Source: Acidobacteriota bacterium (GTDB lineage: Bacteria > Acidobacteriota > UBA6911 > RPQK01 > JAJDTT01). Taken from it: a stretch of DNA of 64,000 bases. The stretch covers positions 3,136,001 through 3,200,000 of the forward strand of contig OZ242374.1 in NCBI GenBank assembly GCA_965209055.1. The letters run 5' to 3'. The translations under genes and the position numbers were made by a program. Shown here piece by piece: positions 1-9,569 of the stretch. How positions within the stretch are numbered: the first letter of the stretch is position 1; every line of letters starts with the position of its first letter. The notes beneath the pieces are model-generated. The model did not search any database and was not told the DNA's origin. It saw only the letters and a list, made by a program, of their open reading frames with translations.

Positions 1-2
1 GC

Positions 3-863
3 CGGCCCTTCGACCTGTTGGACGAGCACTACCACCTCAGCCGATTCCTGGGCTACTACTCTCCCTACATCCAGGGCATCGATCCCCCTATCAACCTGGG
101 CCGCTTCGAGCCCAAATACCCGCTCCATTCCCGTTGCTGGCACTACTTCGCGCCTCCCATGCTGTCGGCGGCCTCCCTGCTGGCGAGGCGCAATCTCTCC
201 GGCAAGCGCCGGGGGCTGGGCTGGCTCCATGAAGCGGGACACGCCAAGGCGGCGGTGGAGGCGGTCCTGCACCAGGTCGACAGCCACTACGAGACGCGGG
301 AGTTGGGCGACCCGGGGCGTCTCGGCGAATTCGAGGATTTCCTGTTTACGGCCTTCGCCGAGTTGCGCGATCCGGTGCGGGAATCGGTGCGCCACCTGCC
401 GCTTCCGCCCACGTCGGACCCCGGCGTGTTGAAGCGGAGCCTGACGGCCATGGTCTCCGATCCCCTCTCCACCCTGATCGAAAACGTGCGCTTCGTGCGG
501 ATCCGGGCCGGCCGCTACCATTTCTACGTCAATGCCCCCCGGCACTTCGAGGTCCAGGAGCTCATGGCCATCGAGCTGAAGTGGGCGCGCAGACTGAATC
601 ACGGCATATTCAGCAGCATCCGGGCCATTCTGGAAGAAGATGGACTGACTCCCGCGGAGTGCCTCCGCCGGCTGGAGATCGAGGTGGACCCGGTTCAGGC
701 GGAAGCCATGGAGTTCATGGCGGACCTCTCCTCACGCACTCCACAGGACCCGGATCTGCGGCAGCTCTTCCAGGAGGCCGTGGGCCGCTTCCCCCACTAC
801 TACCGCCTCCTGGAGCAGTCGCTGACCCGAAGCCTGGAACGGGTCTCGCACGGGAGCGCATAG
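3..863 (+). CDS. Hypothetical protein, 5'-truncated by window edge
   Basis: Frame is open from the window start with host-like codon usage; no recognisable motif. Confidence 0.6.
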   Translation, partial: RPFDLLDEHYHLSRFLGYYSPYIQGIDPPINLGRFEPKYPLHSRCWHYFAPPMLSAASLLARRNLSGKRRGLGWLHEAGHAKAAVEAVLHQVDSHYETRELGDPGRLGEFEDFLFTAFAELRDPVRESVRHLPLPPTSDPGVLKRSLTAMVSDPLSTLIENVRFVRIRAGRYHFYVNAPRHFEVQELMAIELKWARRLNHGIFSSIRAILEEDGLTPAECLRRLEIEVDPVQAEAMEFMADLSSRTPQDPDLRQLFQEAVGRFPHYYRLLEQSLTRSLERVSHGSA

Positions 864-931
864 CAGTTCCTCCCGGCGGGAATCGGGCCTTTCCAACAAA
901 CCCGGCGGGAGGTGTAGACTCATGCTGGGAA

Positions 932-3370
932 ATGCGGATTTCAGGGACGCGAATCGGAAACTGGCCTTGCGGTGTCGTCGTCCTGGCCGTGGCCTCCTTG
1001 ATCCAGCTCCCGTCCATGGGCCGGTCCGGTTCGTCCGAAGATGCCGTCCAGGTCCAGTCCGTCCTCCATGACCGGTGCCACTCCTGCCACAATGCCCGGT
1101 TGCTGCAGGGCGGGCTCTCTCTCCAGACCCTGACCGACGTCTTGAAGGGGGGCGCCAGCGGACCGGCCCTGGTCCCCGGATCCAGTGGGGACAGCCTCCT
1201 TTTCCGGCGGGTCAGCGGAATCCAGGAACCCCGGATGCCCTTCCGGAAAGAACCCTTGTCCCCGCAGGAACTGGCTCTCCTGCGGAGGTGGATCGACCAG
1301 GGAGCGAGGTGGCCCACCGATCAGCCGCCTCCGGCGGCAACGCCCCGGCTCGCACCCCGTTGGCCCCGGATCCCGGAAGGGCCGGCGCACCTCACCAATC
1401 CCATCGACCGCTTCGTGGCCGCGTTCCTCTCCGCTCAGGGGAAACCCTTTCCCCAGCCGGTCCCGGACCGGGTCTTCCTGAGGCGGGTCCACCTGGATCT
1501 GTGGGGGCTCCTGCCTTCCCCCCGGGAAATCGAGAGCTTCCTCTGGGAAGAGGATGAAGATAAGCGGGAACGGCGGATCCGAGCGTTGCTGGAGGATTCG
1601 GACCGCTACGCCGAGCACTGGATGAGCTACTGGAACGACCTGCTGCGAAACGACGAAGGAGTCCGCTACCACGGGGAGCGCGAATCCGTATCGGAATGGT
1701 TACAGAAGGCGCTGCAGGAGAATCTTCCCTACGACCGGTTGGTGCAGTCGCTCCTGAACCCGGCCGCCGAGGACGATCCCCGGGGTTTCCTGGTCGGCGT
1801 CAACTGGCGGGGCGAGATCAGCGCCAGCCAGAGACGATCCATGCAGGCGGCGCAAAACAGCGCCCATGTCTTCCTGGGTGTCAACCTGAAGTGCGCCTCC
1901 TGCCACGACAGCTTCGTGGACCGCTGGAAGTTGTCCGACAGCTACGGCCTCGCCAGTCTCTTCGCCGAGGAGGATTTGGAGTTGGTGCGCTGCGACGCCC
2001 CGCTTGGACGGACGGCGTCCCCCCGGTTCATCTTTCCCGAGTTGGGGACAGTTTCCGCCGGCGGCCTGGAGCAGCGTCGGCGGCAGGCGGCGGCGCTCTT
2101 CACCTCGCCACGCAACGGCCGCTTCGCCCGTACCCTGGTGAACCGCATCTGGGAGCGCCTGCTGGGCCGCGGGCTGGTCCCGGAGATGGACGATCCGGAA
2201 AGCGCCGCCTGGTCCCCCGATCTCCTGGACTGGCTGGCCTGGGACTTCGTGGAGAACGGCCACGACCTCAGGCGGTTGCTGGTTCAGATCCTGACGTCAC
2301 GGACCTACCAGATGCCGCCGGTCCAGGACTCGCCGGTGGCAGGGGCGGCCTCCGCTTTTGGCGGACCGGTCCCCAGACGCCTGACCGCGGAGCAGTTCCT
2401 GGACGGTGTCTCCTCGGTGACCGGCGAGTGGAAGATCCTGAACTCGGCGTCGGGCGACGCGGGCCGGCCCGGCCGTGCCTGGAGATTCAAGTCCAGCCCC
2501 CTGACCCGGTCACTGGGACGTCCCATACGGGACCAGGTGGTGACGGCGCGCAACCACGAATCCAGCACCCTGCAGGCCCTGGAGCTCTCGTTTGGAGACG
2601 AGTTGAACCGGTTGATCCGCCGGGGAGCCGCCAGATTGGCCGGGCAGCTCCGGCCGGCGCCCCGGAATCATTTCGACAGCGGAAACGTCAGATGGGGCAG
2701 GGTGGAGGTCGACGTCGACATCGAGGAGTTCCGCGAGTTGCGGCTTCTGGCGGTCGATATGGATTCCTACGATCCCTCGCGGGTTCGAGTGGCCTGGGCT
2801 GACGCCGAACTCGCGGGTCCGGAGGGAGTGACGCCGTTGCACCGCATCCAGGGTGAAGGAGGCTTCCAGCAACGTCCCGTCCGATTCGTTGAGCGGACGA
2901 CCCGGCGAATCACGGCGGAGGACGGGACAACCCGCACGGTCGCCGACAGGACCCCCCATGCATATTCCGAGGCGCTCGTCACCGGACTGCCCGGTGAGCT
3001 GGTCTTTCCTCTGGACGGCACGGGATTCACACGTTTCCGGGCCGTTGTAGGGGTGGACGAGAAAAGCCTGGGGAGCGACATCCACCCCAGCGTCCGTTTC
3101 TTCGTTTTCGACCGTGAGCCGGACCGGGATCGCCTGGTCCGGGAAGAAGGCGATCCTCCCGTTGCCCGGACTCCGGGCGTCGAGTCGGAGGACGAATTGG
3201 TCACCTGGCTCTACCGCTACTGCCTGGCGCGGGATCCATCCGGTTCGGAGCGGAAACTGACCCTCTCGCTGTTGGGGAATCCCCGACCCGGGGGAGCACT
3301 GGACGCGGAAGGGGTGGAAGACCTGCTCTGGGCCCTGTTCCTCTCGCCCGAGTTTCAGACCATTCGCTGA
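932..3370 (+). CDS. Planctomycete-type cytochrome c + DUF1549 + DUF1553 (PSD1) protein with inserted NPCBM-like domain
   Basis: Signal-like N-terminus, CHSCH and CASCH haem motifs, NPIDRFV, RRVHLDLWGLLP, LVNRIWERLLGRGLV, LLDWLA, RRLTAEQ, TLQALEL; start set at ATG 932. Confidence 0.85.
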   Translation: MRISGTRIGNWPCGVVVLAVASLIQLPSMGRSGSSEDAVQVQSVLHDRCHSCHNARLLQGGLSLQTLTDVLKGGASGPALVPGSSGDSLLFRRVSGIQEPRMPFRKEPLSPQELALLRRWIDQGARWPTDQPPPAATPRLAPRWPRIPEGPAHLTNPIDRFVAAFLSAQGKPFPQPVPDRVFLRRVHLDLWGLLPSPREIESFLWEEDEDKRERRIRALLEDSDRYAEHWMSYWNDLLRNDEGVRYHGERESVSEWLQKALQENLPYDRLVQSLLNPAAEDDPRGFLVGVNWRGEISASQRRSMQAAQNSAHVFLGVNLKCASCHDSFVDRWKLSDSYGLASLFAEEDLELVRCDAPLGRTASPRFIFPELGTVSAGGLEQRRRQAAALFTSPRNGRFARTLVNRIWERLLGRGLVPEMDDPESAAWSPDLLDWLAWDFVENGHDLRRLLVQILTSRTYQMPPVQDSPVAGAASAFGGPVPRRLTAEQFLDGVSSVTGEWKILNSASGDAGRPGRAWRFKSSPLTRSLGRPIRDQVVTARNHESSTLQALELSFGDELNRLIRRGAARLAGQLRPAPRNHFDSGNVRWGRVEVDVDIEEFRELRLLAVDMDSYDPSRVRVAWADAELAGPEGVTPLHRIQGEGGFQQRPVRFVERTTRRITAEDGTTRTVADRTPHAYSEALVTGLPGELVFPLDGTGFTRFRAVVGVDEKSLGSDIHPSVRFFVFDREPDRDRLVREEGDPPVARTPGVESEDELVTWLYRYCLARDPSGSERKLTLSLLGNPRPGGALDAEGVEDLLWALFLSPEFQTIR

Positions 3371-3436
3371 AGTTCCGCCTTTCCTACCCGCCGGCCCGCC
3401 GCTTCGCCAGGTAATCGGCCAAACCCCGGCTCCAGT

Positions 3437-3581
3437 GGCGCGCTTCGCCAAGGGGACAGTTTCGTTCACAAGGGCGCGCTTCGCCAAGGGGACAGTTTCG
3501 TTCACGCGCTTCTCCCAAGGGCGCGCTTCGCCAAGGGGACAGTTTCGTTCACAAGCAGAAAAAGGGGACAGTTTCGTTCAC
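3437..3581. repeat. Tandem REP-like repeats (GGCGCGCTTCGCCAAGGGGACAGTTTCGTTCAC x3 + partial) upstream of RAYT
   Basis: Copies at 3437, 3473, 3520 and a partial at 3562. Confidence 0.8.
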
Positions 3582-3795
3582 GGAGGCCACAAGGGTGCGG
3601 GCTCCTTACGCTGTTTCGCTTCCAAGAGGACGCAGGTGGTCACTTGGTCGGATTTCTCGGTCACTTCGGGAATCCCGAGAATTGCCGGTTTTCTAAAGTT
3701 TTCTTCGCCGTTCTTGGTTCTGAGTCGTTGTTTTCATCAGGGACGTGAACCGACGCCCCATCGTGTCCGAGTTGGTTGAACCGAGTATCGTAGCC

Positions 3796-4731
3796 ATGGC
3801 CCGAACCGCACGACACAAGAGCCCGGACGCCGCCTTCTACCACATCACCAATCGTGTCACCGGCTCGCCCGATTGGTTCCCCTTCGAAGACCCGCAAGCC
3901 CGTCAGAAACTCCTGGACATGATTTTGTTCTACGTCAACGCCTACCGGTGCCGTCTGGCCGCTTTCCAGATCATGGGCAACCATTACCACTTCATCGTCC
4001 ATTTTGAAAAACCCCGCCCCTTGTCCCGACAGGAGTTGAAGGAGAGCGCCCACAAGCTTTATGGACGCAAGGCCGAGGAATATACCGCCGATTGGACCGA
4101 CGCCGATTGGAAGACGTTCAATGAGCGTCTCTTTGACCTGTCCAAACTGATGGCGAACGTGGGCGGGTTCTATGCCCGGTGGTACAACCGCACGTTTCGA
4201 AGGCGGGGCCACTTGTGGGGTGACCGGTTCAAGAACTCGGAGCTATTGGGACTTGAAGCCGTGCAGGACGCCGTCCTTTACGTGGAACTCAATGCCGTCC
4301 GGGCCGGAATGGTCAACCGGCCCGAGCAGTGGAAGTGGGGCTCGGCCCGCTGGAGAGTCACCGGCCAGGATCAGGACCTGATCCCCCTGGAGGAACTGTT
4401 CCCGCCGGCTCCGGGAACCGATGTCTACGGCAGTTACCGGGCTCGCTTGTACTATCGAGGCGCCGTCCCCACCCGGGACAACCAGGCGGCGATCCCCGGG
4501 TGGGTTGTCCTTCAGGAGCAGCACCGTGGCTTTACCCGCGCCGGAGCTTTTCGTCGGCGTTTGCGATTCCTGACGGACGGAATAGCCGTCGGGCCGGCGG
4601 AGAAGGTGGCGCAGCTGCTGGAGGCCTATCGGCAGCAAGGTCGATATCGACGTCGCCGACACCCCATCCCCCAACTGGACGGAGTGCTGTATTCCCTGCG
4701 AGAGCAACGCTCAAACGCGTTCGTCACATAG
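3796..4731 (+). CDS. REP-associated tyrosine transposase (RAYT, HUH/Y1 family)
   Basis: YHITNR, IMGNHYH (HUH), GHLWGDRFKN, YVELNAVRAGMV, WKWGS motifs; flanked by GGGACAGT-type repeats on both sides. Confidence 0.88.
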   Translation: MARTARHKSPDAAFYHITNRVTGSPDWFPFEDPQARQKLLDMILFYVNAYRCRLAAFQIMGNHYHFIVHFEKPRPLSRQELKESAHKLYGRKAEEYTADWTDADWKTFNERLFDLSKLMANVGGFYARWYNRTFRRRGHLWGDRFKNSELLGLEAVQDAVLYVELNAVRAGMVNRPEQWKWGSARWRVTGQDQDLIPLEELFPPAPGTDVYGSYRARLYYRGAVPTRDNQAAIPGWVVLQEQHRGFTRAGAFRRRLRFLTDGIAVGPAEKVAQLLEAYRQQGRYRRRRHPIPQLDGVLYSLREQRSNAFVT

Positions 4732-5028
4732 CCTCGCCTGATCTCTGGCCGTCAATTCATCCGCCGCACGCCGCGGCATCGAACGACCAAGGTCACCTGA
4801 TCCCGCCCAATAGATTGAATCGTCCTCCTGATGTGTGGCAAGTCCTGCGGACTTTCCTCCGGACTTCCCTCCATTTGGCAGCGGATCACTCTTTCTGAGG
4901 ATCGGGATCGTCCCTATCTTCCGGTAACCTCTTTCCCGGGACGGATCGGCGGACGGATCGGGACTGTCCCTTTCTGAGGAGGACCGCCCCGTGAACGTCA
5001 CCATATGAGGGGGGACTCTCCTTTATCC

Positions 5029-5052
5029 CCCCGGAGTGGGGGTTGGAAATCC
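5029..5052. other. attL (half REP hairpin + TTGGAAA core)
   Basis: CCCCGGAGTGGGGG-TTGGAAA-TCC. Confidence 0.75.
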
Positions 5053-5093
5053 GTTACTCTGTGCAGATGAGAAACGGGAATAATCCTTTATTG

Positions 5094-6209
5094 TTAACAG
5101 GTTATCCCAATTCTTCCCTCTAGTTGTTCTCCCTTGGTTCTTACCCGTTGCCTGTTTGTTGCCGGTTGCGTTTGTGAGTCTTCGTTAGCCTGTGCCTCTC
5201 GAATGCTCTGGAGCGCATGCGAACTGACATACCCCGCGTAGCGCATCGTCGTGCTGATGGCCGAGTGCCCCATCAGCTTCTGCACCGTCCTCACGTCCAC
5301 CCCCTGCATCAGCCAGTGGCTGCATCGGAATCGTCTCAGGTCGTGAAATCCGACCTTCAGGCCGACCCTCTCGCCGGCCCGGCGCAGTGGCATGTCGGGA
5401 TTCACCCATCTCGTCCCAGTCCTGCTGTTGACAAAGACGTATGAGGTGTTCAGGAATCGTGGGAGCCCTGCCAGATATCCGGTGGCGTACTGCGACAGCG
5501 GTATCTCCCTCGTCCTGTCGTTCTTGGTGAGTTCCACCCATAGCAGCCTCCGGGACAGGTCCACCCGTTTCCAGGTGAGCGACAAAGCTTCGCCCTTTCG
5601 AATGCCCGTCTCGCCGATTACGGCGATCATGGCTTGCAGGTAGGGGTTGTCCACCGCCTCGACCAGGTCGCGGAACTGTTGAACTGTCAGAGGTCGGAAG
5701 ACCTTCTTCGGTTCCTTCAGTTTGGGGAACCGAATCAGCGGGTGCGTGTCCACCTCTCCGCACTCCAGCGCGTAGGAAAATAGCTTGCTGATGGCGGCGA
5801 TGGCGCGGTTCACCGTGGCCGGCTTCACCTGCTTCTTCCTCTGGGCGACGTAGCGGTGCAGGTCTTTGCGTTGGAACTCCTTCAGGGGAATGTTCCCCAG
5901 CATGGCATTGAGGCTCTTGAACGAACCCTCATAGCTCCGCCAGGAGCGCATGCGAGGTTTGCAATACTCCTCGAGAAAACGCTTGTAGAAGCTCCGGACC
6001 GTCCAGATGGTGCGTTTCCCGCCGGCGAGCTCCCGCTTGAGCTGCTTCCAGGTGCCGTCCAGGATGCTGGACTCGATTCGTGTTTGAAGCGCCTGTGCAC
6101 TCCGGTAGTTGGGGGCGTACATTCGAAGCCGACCGGATCCGTGCGGCCAGTACTTGCTGACGACGAAACGTCGTCTCCCCCGGCGATCCTTCACCTTGTA
6201 GATGCCCAT
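5094..6209 (-). CDS. Tyrosine recombinase / phage integrase (apparently intact)
   Basis: GIRKGE (R), TKN (K), HDLRR (HxxR), LMGH, TTMRY (Y); N-terminal arm-binding-like and SAM-like regions; AGGAGG RBS. Confidence 0.93.
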   Translation of the reverse strand: MGIYKVKDRRGRRRFVVSKYWPHGSGRLRMYAPNYRSAQALQTRIESSILDGTWKQLKRELAGGKRTIWTVRSFYKRFLEEYCKPRMRSWRSYEGSFKSLNAMLGNIPLKEFQRKDLHRYVAQRKKQVKPATVNRAIAAISKLFSYALECGEVDTHPLIRFPKLKEPKKVFRPLTVQQFRDLVEAVDNPYLQAMIAVIGETGIRKGEALSLTWKRVDLSRRLLWVELTKNDRTREIPLSQYATGYLAGLPRFLNTSYVFVNSRTGTRWVNPDMPLRRAGERVGLKVGFHDLRRFRCSHWLMQGVDVRTVQKLMGHSAISTTMRYAGYVSSHALQSIREAQANEDSQTQPATNRQRVRTKGEQLEGRIGITC

Positions 6210-6339
6210 GCATCTCCTCCTTTCTGGATCCGGGTTCTTCGCCATGGGGCGAATCGTACCACGGCTCCAGAGAATCGACGGAGGCGTTCAGGTTCTTTAG
6301 AGCGAGGACGCGGCGGCGCCTTCTGCCGCCGGTTTGGGG

Positions 6340-6790
6340 TGAAACGGATGTCTTTGGCCCTTCGTGGCCGGGAACGGACACGTCAGCAGCCCCGGATCGC
6401 CGCGTGGCGACACCGGCAAGCTCTCCGAGCGCATGGTCGGCGGCTCCATCCGGATCACAACGCGGGACCAAGAGCCCTGGACCCCGACCGGGGTCGAGGT
6501 CCTCCAACGGCGGGCCGATTTCGCCCGGGTCCGCGATTCCGGCAAGCCGTTACGGATGACGGACCGGGGGAACTCTCCCCCCAGACCCCCCAGTGGCGCC
6601 CTCAAAGAGTCAGGCTCACCATGCCGGACTCTTTGAGGGCGCTCCTGTTTGTCGCGTCCCATAAGAATGGGTCCCTCGCGCGGTCTCGGACTGCTTCCAG
6701 CCGGGAGCAGACTTTCTTCCGTAGGGGGCGCTGATTGTGGGGTCAGCAAAACGACGCACCCTGTGGGAAATCTCTGATTTTCCACAGGGT
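6340..6790. repeat. Non-coding segment homologous (inverted) to 28229-29056 and to 16543-16582
   Basis: 6340-6379 vs 16543-16582 39/40 identical (reverse complement); 6380-6414 vs 28644-28678; GTGGGAAATCTCTGATTTTCCAC at ~6763 and (rc) ~28230. Confidence 0.75.
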
Positions 6791-6971
6791 GGGGAGGCTC
6801 GAACCCAGGGCCTCGGCGCTCTCTGGAAGGGATTTTCAGTTGGTATGTGTCTCTTCTTCTTGTCCGATCAAAATCTCTGGTAGGGCAAGGGTTCAACTCC
6901 ATTTCTCGCGGGGCTGAGTCTGGTCCCGGCCTGGACGGCAGGGTGGAGGGAGCGCGCCGGGGGCGGCAGAA

Positions 6972-7223
6972 TCAGGAGCGGGACCTAGGCACGGGATCCC
7001 CTCGCGATTTTTTCCGAATCCGGTTCCGAAGAGCATAGACCCAGATCAACGCGCCGCGGAGGGTCAGAGGACTCCAATCAAATGCTTCGGCTTTTTGCCG
7101 ATGCCAAACGATGAATGAGTCGCAGAGGTTAGCGGCCAAGTCCCATTGGCGATTGTGTATTGCCGCCCGGATCGCTCCGGCTTGCGCTTCATATTCGCCG
7201 TCCCAATCCCGAGAATTCTTCAT
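6972..7223 (-). CDS. Small phage-like hypothetical protein
   Basis: 83 aa; ATGA overlap with the upstream ORF. Confidence 0.5.
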   Translation of the reverse strand: MKNSRDWDGEYEAQAGAIRAAIHNRQWDLAANLCDSFIVWHRQKAEAFDWSPLTLRGALIWVYALRNRIRKKSRGDPVPRSRS

Positions 7224-7489
7224 CTGCCTTCACGCTTATGGGCACTAATGACCGCTTTGGAAATAATCCAGGCGCTGACGTTCACATAGCGTTCCGCCTT
7301 TAGACATTCTGGGGCTCTATCCAGATCGTCGTCAAGGCGGCACTCATCCTTCAAGCGCACCACAACTTGTAGCCTGTGGTGGCACATAGATGATGCTGTG
7401 CCACGCGTAGGGAACAGACGCCTTGCATTGCCATAATAGGTCTTCAGAATTCTTCTAAGAGGCCTTCCCGACAGGAATACTTGATTCAA
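7220..7489 (-). CDS. Small hypothetical protein, possibly 5'-truncated by the nested P4-type element
   Basis: Translationally coupled to 6972-7223; weak start. Confidence 0.4.
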   Translation of the reverse strand: MNQVFLSGRPLRRILKTYYGNARRLFPTRGTASSMCHHRLQVVVRLKDECRLDDDLDRAPECLKAERYVNVSAWIISKAVISAHKREGR

Positions 7490-7637
7490 TCATCTACATC
7501 GTCCAGATAAGTCCAGTATTGTCCATAAGTGTTTGTATATGATGGATTTATAACTAGACGGGACATCCGATATTGTCCCATACCGATCCGCCGAGTCCCC
7601 TTGCATCCACCATTTGGTGGAGGGTATAGTGGTAGGT

Positions 7638-8837
7638 ATGAGACTCCCGAAACGACCTCCGCAACGCAAGCCGCGCGGGCAGCATCCCCTCAATGCACTG
7701 ACACCGGCCTTTGTCCGCAACGTGAACCAGGCCGGACGCTACTGCGACGGCCACGGCCTCTATCTCGACGTGCGGCCCACGGGCAGCCGGGGCTGGATCC
7801 AGCGCCTCACCATCCGGGGCCGCCGAACCGAGCTCGGGCTCGGCGGATTCCCCCTCGTCTCGCTCAAGGAAGCGCGCGAGAAGGCTTTCGCCAACCGGAA
7901 GCTGGCCCGCGACGGGGGCGACCCCCGGGCCGAGAAGCGGCGGGCCGAGTCGATGCCCAGCTTCGCGGACGCCGCTGGGGCGGTCTGGAAGCAGTTGCGG
8001 CCGGGCTGGCGCTCCCCCCGGCATGCGCGGCTCTGGCTGAGGAGCCTGGAGCGCCACGTCTTGCCTCATATCGGATAGATACCGATTGCGACGGTGACGA
8101 GCGCGGACGTGATCGGGATTCTGGCTCCAATCTGGCACAAGAAGGCCGCTACGGCCCGGAAGCTGCGCCAGCGCATCAGCGCGGTCCTGGAGTGGGCCGT
8201 GGCGATGGATCTTCGGCCCGACAACCCGTGCGACCGGATCGGTCCGGTGCTCGGCTCGCAGGGGAAAGCCGTGCGTCACATGCGGGCGTTGCCTCACGGG
8301 GAGGTTGCGTCTGCACTCCGGACGGTGCGGGCATCGAACAAGCGGCCGGTCGTGAAGCTGGCGTTCGAGTTCCTGGTGCTGACGGCGACGCGCTCCGGCG
8401 AGGTCCGGGAAGCGGTCTGGACGGAGATTGACCGGAACCAGGGTGTGTGGACCATCCCGGCCGGACGCATGAAGGGGTATCGGGAACACCGGGTCCCGCT
8501 AACCCGCCCTGCGTTGGAGATCCTCAAGGAGGCGAAGGTGCTCGGTCGGGGCAACCGGCTCGTTTTTCCCAGAGTGAGCGGGAAGCCACTCGGGAGGACC
8601 GCCATGTCGGAACTCCTCCGGGGGTTGAGGATTGCGGCGGTGCCGCACGGGTTCCGGTCGAGTTTCCGGGACTGGGTGGCGGAGGAGACGGATCATCCCC
8701 GCGAGGTGGCGGAGGCGGCTTTGGCGCACAAGGTGCGCAACCCGGTCGAGGCCGCCTACCGGCGCACGGATCTGTTCGAGCGGCGGAGGCGTCTCATGGA
8801 CGACTGGGCGAGCTATCTGGCTGGCGAGAGTCGATGA
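7638..8837 (+). pseudogene. P4-like integrase with in-frame TAG at 8076-8078
   Basis: DGHGLYL...ELGLGGFPLVSLKEAR arm domain, LTATRSGE, MKGYREHRVPL, PHGFRSSFRDW, ALAH...AAY; the two ORFs are in one frame, split by one stop. Confidence 0.9.
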
Positions 8838-8905
8838 CCAGCGGCCGGACTAATCCGTTGGGCTGACAACGGATACCCGCCCAAACCGGTTGGCGAGAAG
8901 ATGAA

Positions 8906-9214
8906 TTTGACCGCTGAAAAGTGGCTTTCGTGCCAGTCTGGGACTGTGAATGGGACATGCGGGGTGGATTCACGAAAATCGGTCCTGGCGATTCACAAAT
9001 CCGATTGCACCGATCTCTTTGCCTTTCATGCAGTTACGGCCACATTCCCGGCTTCGCCGTGCCCGCACGGGGAAATCGGAGGTGGACGGGAGCGACCCCC
9101 CCTTTTTCCTGCCCGGTGCGGGCGCGGGGGTGTTGCGCCATTCACATTTGCGCAGCACCCCCTGGGGGGGTCGCTCCCGTCTCATTATCCCTAGCGGGAA
9201 GGCCAGAAATGACA
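8906..9214 (+). repeat. Hairpin module A, copy 1
   Basis: 17-bp outer stem GACGGGAGCGACCCCCC (9085) / GGGGGGTCGCTCCCGTC (9165-9181) enclosing an inner stem at 9126-9162. Confidence 0.85.
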
Positions 9215-9569
9215 TCCGTGGCGTGGCAGAATAGAACCTAATGAGCGCCGGGGGGATCCGGAACCCATTTAACTCGTCCCACTGCGCCGACCGTCTGAGC
9301 GTCGGACAGGCGCCCAAAACAGGAAGAGGACCCGGATGGAATTCGCCGATTCCATCACCTCCATACAGGGAGCCAGAACGCCGGCCACGAGCCTATACCT
9401 ACACCTTCGTGCCGTCATTTCAGACCAACATATACACTCTACGGTGATTTTTTCGCGGATCGGGCCGAAGATCACCGGGAGAGCCCAAGGAAGCTGATTT
9501 CAGCGTAGATCTGGGATCGTCTTGCTACGGGTGGGGGTATCAGCGACAATAGAAGCTAGCAGAGACTCC

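Noticed and set aside
3437-3581. Possible mini CRISPR array
   Set aside because: Gaps between repeats are only 3-14 bp, no cas genes; better explained as RAYT-flanking repeats.
8076-8078. Stop-codon recoding (TAG here, TAA at 63752)
   Set aside because: Different stop codons, TAG ends many normal genes here, and surrounding decay points to nonsense mutations.
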